This document shows positions 53,090 to 64,000 of a DNA stretch of 64,000 bases, one piece after another. A program made the translations under genes and the position numbers. Each line of letters opens with the position of its first letter. Positions within the stretch are counted from its first letter, which is position 1. This stretch comes from Paraspadella gotoi (taxonomy: Eukaryota > Animalia > Chaetognatha): the NCBI GenBank assembly GCA_051294375.1, contig CM119266.1:26711932-26775931 (forward strand). The letters run 5' to 3'. The notes beneath the pieces were generated by a model, which worked only from the letters and a program-made list of their open reading frames with translations, had not been told where the DNA came from and did not search any database.

Positions 53090-55865
53090 AAAGAAAGAGA
53101 AGAGGAAGAGACCTAAAGGGGGGAAATAGAAGAAACGATAAATCAAAGAGAAACGGAGAGAAAAGTTTCTCATGAACCTTTTTCTTTCTTTTTCTTTCTT
53201 TTTCTTTCTTTTTCTTTTTTTTTCTCCAATGGCAAAAACAAAAAAAGGATTCTTGTAACTTCTTTGTTTTTTTTCTCCTTTGGGTTTTAGTTGCGTCGCG
53301 ATTACTCGTGAAGCAACTCTATCGGTATGTAGTCGGTATGTCTATCGGTATGTAGTCGGTATGTCTGTCCGTCGGTCTGTCCCACTTACGTATTTTATCT
53401 GTTAATTTTTTCTTTGTCCTTTTATCGATTTTCTTTGCCAACTCGGAAATAAAGGTAAGTGTTCCTTTCATATTTATTTGATATTTAAATTTTGTTTGCT
53501 GTTCTGTTCTGTTAATATTTCTTGCCTGTTAATGCCGATACAAGGTAAATGAAAAGTGTCATGTTACAAATATTAAACGTTCGGAAAATTAGACACTCTC
53601 TTTGTAACCAACTAAAACAAATTAGTCTTTACTTTTTTAAATTAAATCCTAAAAAAAAAGAAAGGAGTTTTAGTTCGGAGAAGAAATTCTAAAAAAATTG
53701 ATAATCCGAAACGCGTAAGTTCCATGCCTCCCGCGCACTTACCAGCTGAATCGACTGAAGATAGCATAGCATAACAACTCTCTCATCAACCATTTAAAAC
53801 TTACCAAGCATCGGCAAAGCAACCAACCAACCAACCAAATCCNNNNNNNNNNNNNNNNNNNNNNNNNNNNNNNNNNNNNNNNNNNNNNNNNNNNNNNNNN
53901 NNNNNNNNNNNNNNNNNNNNNNNNNNNNNNNNNNNNNNNNNNNNNNNNNNNNNNNNNNNNNNNNNNNNNNNNNNNNNNNNNNNNNNNNNNNNNNNNNNNN
54001 NNNNNNNNNNNNNNNNNNNNNNNNNNNNNNNNNNNNNNNNNNNNNNNNNNNNNNNNNNNNNNNNNNNNNNNNNNNNNNNNNNNNNNNNNNNNNNNNNNNN
54101 NNNNNNNNNNNNNNNNNNNNNNNNNNNNNNNNNNNNNNNNNNNNNNNNNNNNNNNNNNNNNNNNNNNNNNNNNNNNNNNNNNNNNNNNNNNNNNNNNNNN
54201 NNNNNNNNNNNNNNNNNNNNNNNNNNNNNNNNNNNNNNNNNNNNNNNNNNNNNNNNNNNNNNNNNNNNNNNNNNNNNNNNNNNNNNNNNNNNNNNNNCTT
54301 TACATCGTCGTCGTCCTCTTGGTCGTTGTCGTCGTCGTCGTCTTCCTCTTTGTCGTCTTCTTCGTCTTCGTCTTCTTCTTGTTATCGCAATCGCCCGTTT
54401 TTTTTTCCGGTTTTTTGTTTGTTTGTTTGTTTTTTGTTATTGTCAATCATTACTATGTTCTTGAAGTTTAAAATAGCTACTGTTTTAGAAATTTGATTGT
54501 ATTCTATTTATAAACATTCAAAGATTATTTTATTGTGTAATTGTATCATTGTATCTCCGAGTCGTTGAGTAAAATTTGGTGAATTTAAAAACTTTTTCAA
54601 TAAACTATTTTATTATTTACAATAAACTAAGGGTTACGATTTTAAAAAAAAATACATTTTTTCACTACCTGGTTGTCGTTGTCGTTATCATATTTTTTTA
54701 GTCGTCTTATTCATCGTCATCGTCGTCGTCGTCGCTTTCGTCGTCGTAAGAAAGAAAAAAAAACTTTTGATCTTTGACGCATTTCTACGCATTATTCATT
54801 TTGTTGCGCCCATTGTGAGAAAGTGAGATTTTTTTTTCTTTTGTAGGGACGTGAATGGCGGTGAGGAGAGTGTGAAAAGGGGATTCATAGAGATTAAGGG
54901 AAGAAAAGTGATGCGGATCTGTGAAAAAAATAACAAAGACACCGAATCCCGCAAAAATACTATGTTTAACGTTGTTCTCTTTTTTTTTCTACTAATTTTT
55001 ATGCTCTTCCTCTTTTTCCTCTTCTTTGCCAATTTGTTATTTAACTTAAGAAAACGCTTGAATTATACTACAAGACATTTTCTAAGGTGACTTTTTTTAT
55101 TATAGTAATATCTAGAGACCAAAAAGCGTCTTATAGAGTCGCGTTTCCGCGCGACTGAAAAAAAAAGTTACAATACACCAGAGACAAATGTAAAAGATAC
55201 CGAGAAAAGAGGGAAAACTTAAAGAGACCGAGGAGAATTAGTTGTGGAGGAGAAAGAAGAGGAGAAAAACCCCAATGTATATATGAAACGGTCTATCATA
55301 ACAAAAGATGTAAAGCAACACATAATGGAATAGGACAAGGAGGAGGAGGAGGAGGAGGAGCCAAATCAGTTCTGGGGGTCAAGGAGACGGGGGAAAGGAG
55401 AGGGGGGAGAAAAGTGTCCCGGGGTCAAAAGGTCGCGGGTTCATGGAAATTCTTGTTTGGAGGCTCGAATCTGGTTAAAGAAAGGGGAAAGGGCGGGACG
55501 AGAGGAAAAGGCTTTTCCCGTTGAAAGGAAAAGGAAAAAGAGTTTCTATTGATGTGGGATTTGAAAAGGGAAAAGGTTTGATAGGAGGAGAAAAGGGAAA
55601 AAAAAGGAAAAGGAAAAGTTAAAACGGGAGAAGGTGAAAAGAGAGGCAACCAGACTTCAAATAGAGAGGAAAATAGAGAGGATAAGCCTTCTTGGACGGA
55701 ATTAACGACGCGAAAGAGAAAATAGAGTCGCTTTTTTTTAATGCGATTCATTTGAAATTCCGAAAATTTCTTCCTCTATAAGAATTTTGAGAAGATTTTT
55801 TGTTTACATGAATATAGAGGACGCTATTAAAAAATTTTGAGGCTTCTTGATTATTGATTGATTTT
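53090..55865 (+). repeat. Copy B of the ~3-kb duplication
   Basis: Same anchors as copy A. It is shorter, and the N run 53843-54297 replaces the C/T-rich minisatellite of copy A. Confidence 0.9.
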
Positions 55866-58800
55866 TGTTTATTTATTTCTGTGTTAAAACATTTACTTAG
55901 ATAAANNNNNNNNNNNNNNNNNNNNNNNNNNNNNNNNNNNNNNNNNNNNNNNNNNNNNNNNNNNNNNNNNNNNNNNNNNNNNNNNNNNNNNNNNNNNNNN
56001 NNNNNNNNNNNNNNNNNNNNNNNNNNNNNNNNNNNNNNNNNNNNNNNNNNNNNNNNNNNNNNNNNNNNNNNNNNNNNNNNNNNNNNNNNNNNNNNNNNNN
56101 NNNNNNNNNNNNNNNNNNNNNNNNNNNNNNNNNNNNNNNNNNNNNNNNNNNNNNNNNNNNNNNNNNNNNNNNNNNNNNNNNNNNNNNNNNNNNNNNNNNN
56201 NNNNNNNNNNNNNNNNNNNNNNNNNNNNNNNNNNNNNNNNNNNNNNNNNNNNNNNNNNNNNNNNNNNNNNNNNNNNNNNNNNNNNNNNNNNNNNNNNNNN
56301 NNNNNNNNNNNNNNNNNNNNNNNNNNNNNNNNNNNNNNNNNNNNNNNNNNNNNNNNNNNNNNNNNNNNNNNNNNNNNNNNNNNNNNNNNNNNNNNNNNNN
56401 NNNNNNNNNNNNNNNNNNNNNNNNNNNNNNNNNNNNNNNNNNNNNNNNNNNNNNNNNNNNNNNNNNNNNNNNNNNNNNNNNNNNNNNNNNNNNNNNNNNN
56501 NNNNNNNNNNNGTTTATTTATTTCTGTGTTAAAACATTTACTTAGATAAAATATTCCATTTCTTAAGGCCATTCGTTCTTAATTGGTTTCTAAGCCATTA
56601 AATCCTAACATTTTTTATTAAAGAAGAATGTAAAAGTTTATTAAATATTTCTTTCTCAGCGCCGCGCCCTTAATAGTTTAAGCTTCCAAAATTCCATTGG
56701 ATTCTCTGAATTGAAACGAGGTTTCGCTTGAACCTTTTTTCCAAATAAACCAACTCCTTCTCGACTTTGATCTTTCCTTTGGCCCATCACTTTTGACATT
56801 TGGGCCTCTCTAATTTCCTACTTTCTGCCTCTATTTTCACCCTTTCCCCTTTTTTTATTTCTTCCCTTTCCTTTTTTTTCTCCCTTTCCTTCCTTTCTCT
56901 CTTTCCTCCTTTATCTCTCTTTCCTCTCTTTCTTCTCTTTCTTCCTTTTTCTCCCTTTCCTCTCTTTCCTCTCTTTCCTCCTTTTTATCCTTTTCTTCAC
57001 TTTCCTCTATTTTTTCTTTATTCCTTTCCCTTCTTTCATCCTTTTTCTCCCTTCCCTTCCTTTCCTCTCTATTCTTCCTTTCCTCCCTTCCTTTCCTTCC
57101 TTTTTCTACTTTTCCTCCCTTACCTTTATTTCTCCTTTTTCTCTCTTTCCTTCTTTCCTCTTCTTCTCTCCCTCCACTTTCTTTTTCTTAACGAGAAAAG
57201 TTTCATCCGAAATTTCCTTCATCACTCTCAGTTTCCCTTCTTTCCCAATTATTTCCCATCCTCCAGAAGGAAAAAAAAAAGGAAAAAAGAAAAGAGAAGA
57301 AACCAAAGGAGATTAAAAAGGAAAGCTCTTTCTACCGCGAAGGCCGACTACTGCCTGGCCCGGCTGCCAAGCCCGGCCGCCCAGCCCGGCATCCAACCCC
57401 CCCCCCAAATCTTCACCGGCCTTTCCCCATCTTCAGGCGCCCGATTCGTCAAACGCGTTTTTCCTCTTCCTGTAATTCGCGATCCCAAAATCGTTATTAC
57501 TCCCTTTTTTTTTCCTTTTTAGTCTCAGACTTCTTTCCTCTTAATTCCCTCTTTTCTTTTTTTTGCTCTCTCCATATATACCCACTTTTCTTTATTCTTT
57601 TCCTCGCTTTCTTCTTTTCTCTTTTTTTTAACTTAACCTCTCCTTTCTTTCATTTTTTTTTATAACTTTTTTCTTAATTCTTTCCTTCATGAAAATTGAA
57701 AAAATACTTTTTTCTCACTATCAGTAGTTTTTCAGATTTTAAAATATTTGATATTTATGATTTTTTTATGATTTTTTTTTATGTTGAAATGTTCATTGTA
57801 CATATTTATCTATTTTTGGGATTAGGACGTTAGTGTTATCTTCTGGAAATAGAGGAGCATTACACAACACAAGGTTAGTTACTTTCTGCTCCAGTTTTCT
57901 AATAGATATCTTACATCATTCCTGTTGGAAAATCATTAATGAGAAGCTGATCATATTTTAAAGGCTGAACAAAAAGGTGGGAATGGATAATTTTTTGTGG
58001 ATTAAGGTTACAAATGATTATTTTTATCAATATTTTATTTTCTAGAACAGCACAACTTTATTTCTTCTCTCTTCTATCTTCCTTTTTTTCTGCCTTTTTA
58101 CACTTTACTTATACACTCTAAGATACCAATCTTTTCTTTTCCTTTCTTCATCCAAAAAAAATATATCATTATCATTCCCTCTTCTCTTTTTCTTTCCTCT
58201 TTTCTTCTCTTCCACTTTTCTCTTAATCAAAACCGATTGTTTCTCTTCTTCCTCCTCCTTTTTTTTCACTTCCCATCTCTCGGTTCGACTTTCCTTTTTC
58301 TTTCAACCTTTAATTTTTCCGAGTTCATATTATAGTTCACCTTCTCCCTTCCTTATGATCCCATTTAGTTTAATCTTTCGCCCACTCGTTTTTTTCGCCT
58401 GGGAAGAGGAACTCTTTTTTAAACCACGAGCAAATATCTTTCTTCAATGTCTTTTTTATTATTTTTATCTTATCTCACCTAAAAGTAATAAAATAGAAAG
58501 GAATAAATAAAATAAAGATGTTGAGTATTGAAAAAACGAAAAAAAGGAAATAAAAAATATGTTAAAAGATGGAAGATAAATGAAAAATATATAAAAAAAA
58601 AGAGGAAAAAAAGAGAAAAAGACAAAGAGAAAAAAGAAAGAAAGAAGAAAAAGTTTTGGAGCGAATGAAAAGTTTAGAAAAAAATCTCCTCCATCACTCG
58701 CATTTTCTATTCGCAGCATTTACTGGCATTTCCTTTTGTCGAATCGCGATGCCATTTTGCCATTTGTCGTTTTCCACTGAGGAGTAGGGTGAAATGAAAG

Positions 58801-59039
58801 TTTGGAATCAAAATTTAACAGTTATATCTAGTCATACAAACCATACCCTTCCATTTCACCTTATACAGCGTGCTGCTATAGCTCTCACTCTGAGTCGACA
58901 TAACGCCTCCACTCATCACTCAAGTTCACACTGTCGATTAATCACAGACTCTTATCTCCTCCGTTACAAACTATACTAGCCACTCAGCATTATTTTGTAC
59001 AATAGTTACTTACCCTTATGGAAATTTGGACAAACCAAT

Positions 59040-59520
59040 ATAAAAAATTAATCCATTCATTTAAATAATTATAATGTTCATTGTATATTGTCAAAAATTT
59101 TAAAATGATTTTTATTAATTCTAAGATGAAGAATTCAGCATTCCCCAATAAAAAGTTGTGATAAAGAAAATATATAATCTTTTTCAAAAATTATGTCATT
59201 AAGTTGGTTAAAATCACAAAAAACTATATTTTTAAGCTTGAAATTAAAAATCAGCGTTTTAAATATAGTTTTTTACATTTTTGACTAACTTAATAAAATA
59301 ATTTTTAAAAAATAATTGTACTTTCTTATATCAACATTTTGCAAGGAATCCAAATCCGATTTTAAAATTAAAAAAATTTAAAATTTTAGCCTATTATATA
59401 CTTATTACTAATATATAAAATTAAGAAATAAATTTACCAAAGTATTTTTATTGGTTTTCATGTTTATCTTTTATATGCTAAATTTTAATTTTCTAAAATT
59501 TTATCATTTTCACATCACTC
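59040..59520. mobile_element. Second, diverged copy of the same foldback MITE family
   Basis: Shares the core actatatttttaagc...aaaatca...taaatatagttttt and the arms aaaaagttg.gataaagaaaatata / tttcttatatcaacatttt.caaggaatccaaatc with 44091-44717. Ends are approximate. Confidence 0.7.
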
Positions 59521-60728
59521 TACTGAGGAGGCCTCGATACCATTTTTTCTCATATACCATCTGTCTCGATGTCGCTTTCCAGAAAAAAAAAATTCCGGCG
59601 CAAATAAAAAGTTGTCCCCTCCGGTTTTTAGCGCGAGCGTAAAAACGACGGGATTTTTAATCGTCTCCTCCGAAGGATTTCTCTGTAGATGAGACAAAAA
59701 AATTTAAAAAAATTAAGTTTTCTTTTTTTAAAAAAATTCTCGACTGAGACGAATACAAATATTTAAAAAAAAAAAAAAGAATAAAAATTTAAAAAATTCG
59801 ATCCAAAAATTTGGAAAATCAAAAAACATAAATTGAATTTTCGCTTTCGAAGGTTTGACGTCAAAGGAAAAAAAATTTAAATTTTGACTTGTAACATTAG
59901 TTAAAACTTCAAACAGTTTTGTCCAAAAAAATTGATTTTCTTGATGAATCGAGATTTTTTTTCCTTTTGTTTCATTATTCCAAAAAAAAAAAAAAATTAA
60001 AATGAGGAAAAAAAAGAGAAAAAAAATAAAACAGGGAAATCCCATTAAATAGAACCCCGGAGGTTTTTTTTTGCCCGCTTCATTCGGTCTCCATGGCAAC
60101 AAAGGGGAAACCCTGTCACGTGATCAGAGAGAGAGAGAGAGAGAGAGTGACCCACACACACACACACGCGCACACACAATCCCTCGCCGCCACAGAGCCG
60201 GTCAATCACGATTAGCGTGGACCCCGGTCTCAATGCATTTCCGATGGGGCCCCCTTCTCCGGCGTCGCGAAGGCGGTAGGCGCGGTCCGGTCCTCGTCGG
60301 ACGCAACGGAGATAAACGACCGCGAACGGAATATAATGATGACAACAATCGCCCCGTTTGTTTGTGCGGGTGAATGAAAGAATGAGGAGGGGGCGGAGAA
60401 GAGGAGGCAAGGGGTGGGGGGCAGGGCGTTTGGGAGAAATTGGCCGGAAGAAAATGGAACTGGGTTATATGGAAGGAAGAAAGGGATGTAATTGAGAATG
60501 TATTGGATCGAGGGAAGTATATATGGAAGGTTCTCCGGGATGTAACTACGGCTGGGAAAGTTTGATAGGAGAGGATTTTTAGATGAAGTTCACTAACAAC
60601 AAAAACATAATAACATTCTGCGCTGATAATGTTGCTGTTCTCTTCCAAAAACCATCGCAACAACAACAACAACAACGACAGTAAACTAATACCCCTATAT
60701 CTCGTTACCATCCCATCCGCAATTGGGC

Positions 60729-60790
<62 letters not shown>

Positions 60791-61289
60791 CTCCCCAATT
60801 TTGACTGTGAGAACGTTTCTCTCGAGATGAACCGATCGAAATGGATTTCCTTATCTGCTCAAAGTCAACAGCGGGGAACCAGTGGCAACATTCCGAGGAT
60901 ATGAAAAGAGAGAGAGAAAGAGGGAGAGAAAGAAAGAGAGAGAGAGAGAGAGAGAGAAAACAGCGAAAATCAGAAAAAGCGAAGAAGAGGCACCCAGCAA
61001 AAATGGAAAAAATGGCAGAAAATGACGAAATTCCTTAAAAGGAAATTCTAAATTCGGTTGAATGGAAGAGAGAAACGAGCGGAAGGGAATCAGAAAACCG
61101 GACGCGATCGTTCACAGTTTTTGTTGTCGTCCACAAAAGGGAAAAAGGGGCGGCAGCGGCGGCAGCGGTTGCAGCGGTGGCGGCGGTGGTGGCCGTGGTG
61201 GATGACGCATCGACACGAATGGCCTTTTTTCTAAAGCGATCGCCCAAAATCGGTTTCCGTATGACGATCGTCTAAAAGGGCCCTCGTGA

Positions 61290-62207
<918 letters not shown>

Positions 62208-64000
62208 TTCTAAAAAAAGGTAAATTCGTTTAGCGGAGGAACAAACAAAGCGAAGTTTGGAAACTGATATTTGTTCTGAGAGTCCAACGGACAAGAGGAG
62301 GAGCAAGAGGAGAAAGATGAGGAGGCGGAGAATAAAGATGGCGCTGGAAACGAGTGGTTGGGAATGTTAAGGGGAATATGAAGTTGTGAGAAAAACAGGT
62401 GCGATAGTAGAAATTTTGGAATAAAAAAAAGGTAGATAACTTTTTTTAATTGGTCAGTTGATTTGTCAGTCTGTCCGTGTTTTCTGCCACTCTGTCTCAT
62501 GGGCATCAATTCACATAGTCTTGTTTTTAGGCTAACTCGGTTTTTAAGGGGAGCGTGGAATTAATTTAAACTTCCTCTTAATTCTACTCTGATCCAAGAA
62601 GTGCCTTTGATAGCCTTCGATACGACGAAACCTCTTGAGAGAGAGAGAGAATTTCAAAAGATGACGAGTCAGGTCGAGAGTAAGGTCTGATTTAAGACAT
62701 GCGATGATCGGTTTATTTTGGATGAGAAATGGGTTCTTATTGGTTCATTTGGCAGTTTATATTCACCATTTAGCGTGATTCAACAGGCGCTGAAGGCGTT
62801 GAAATGGATGCAATGAGCTTTTTTTCCCGTTTTTATCGATAGCGAATTTTTCATCTAAATGGGGTTTTTTATGGCGCACAAAAACCGTGATGCGTTCGGC
62901 GTTCAAGGACAACGTAGAATTTAAATCCGTTTTAAATTCATATTTTATTTTATGTAGAAAATAAACTTCACAAAGATGACGGGAAAATGTCGCTAAGCCG
63001 CCTCGTTGCGCTACTATTAGCTCAAAACCAGTGGCTGACTGCTGCTAAAGCGCTGTACTGCGCTGCTTTGCTGCCCCGGACGCTGAATGGTGAACTCGAA
63101 ATTCGTACCTCCGCTCGCTGCCCCGTTGTACGTACGTAGTTGGCGCACGGTTCGAACAGAATGACTACGATACTAAGTGTATTTAGCTTTACTTGCGACG
63201 CAGCCTTCTACTTTTCCGTCATATCATCTTCCACCATCGTCTACATAACAGCCACGCCCACTCAACAGCGCCACTCGCTCTCCATCTCTACTCTCGCTCG
63301 TCCCCGTCGCTCGAGTTCCATTCCGACCGAAATCGAAGGCGTCCGTCGGAAAAAAAATGGCGGCCGCCGGGATTTTGGGTCACGTGACGAGAATAAACGA
63401 CGTAATTGCGGGAAGACGGAGAGGGACGTCGGCGGAGAGAGAGAGAGAGGGAGAGAGAGAGAGAGGGAGAGAGGGAGAGAGGGAGAGAGAGAGAGAATGA
63501 CAGAGACCGCGAAACAGAGAGGTCTACCCGGCCGCGTCGTGTCCAGTCGAGTTTTTCGCGAGGAAAGGAAATGGGGGATTTGTAAACGTCGACGCTTTGA
63601 CTCTGTCTCTGTCGTGAGCGAGAGAGAGAGCGAGTCGAAGAAGGAAAAGCTGGATGGCTGAATGAGAAGATGGAGGCAGAGAGATCGACTCAGGGATTTC
63701 GTGAAAATGAGACGGAGGCAAAAATTCCCGAAGGAGAGAAACCTTATCGGCCAGTTGGTCGGTCGGTCGCTCGGTCGGTCGGTCAGTTGGTCGCTATTTC
63801 GTTTAGTCAGTTGTTTTTTGTTTTAAAATTTATGTTTTTATTTACCTAACTTCAAAACTGACATATCGTTTTCTATGTAGTCGAAGAGACAGTAGACTCT
63901 ATTGCTTCTTTTTTCTTCTTTCTCTTCTTTCCTGTTTGTTTTCGAAATTTTTTAACGACGCCTCGTTGGTCGTCGTCGTCGTCGTTGTTGTTGTTTTGTT

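Noticed and set aside
55748-56572. ORFs spanning N runs (also 7-417, 3199-3867, 4078-4701, 52311-52920)
   Set aside because: Their length is due to unknown bases.

Overview
This is gene-poor, microsatellite-rich eukaryotic DNA, most likely from an invertebrate animal: (GA)n, (CGA)n and (GAAA)n tracts, many N runs and GT-AG introns. Most ORFs in the supplied track are artefacts of low-complexity sequence. The best-supported contents are: (1) a compact two-exon gene at 14959-15661 (+). After splicing it gives a 200-aa protein with an N-terminal HEPN-like RNase signature (AEKSL ... LRVTRNEHAH), a 19-aa tandem repeat and a C-terminal CCVVM CaaX box, which makes it a candidate membrane-anchored HEPN ribonuclease. 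(2) A ~7.6-kb BEL/Pao LTR retrotransposon on the minus strand (40408-47982) with both LTRs and a PPT. It carries a foldback MITE in the protease region and appears to lack the RT core. (3) Further AT-rich foldback MITEs, a Helentron/DINE-like family, a tRNA-derived SINE-like fragment and several tandem repeats. (4) A ~3-kb colinear duplication (35530-38870 vs 53090-55865) that may be an assembly artefact. (5) A few candidate exons of other genes. All assignments come from reading motifs by eye; no searches were run.
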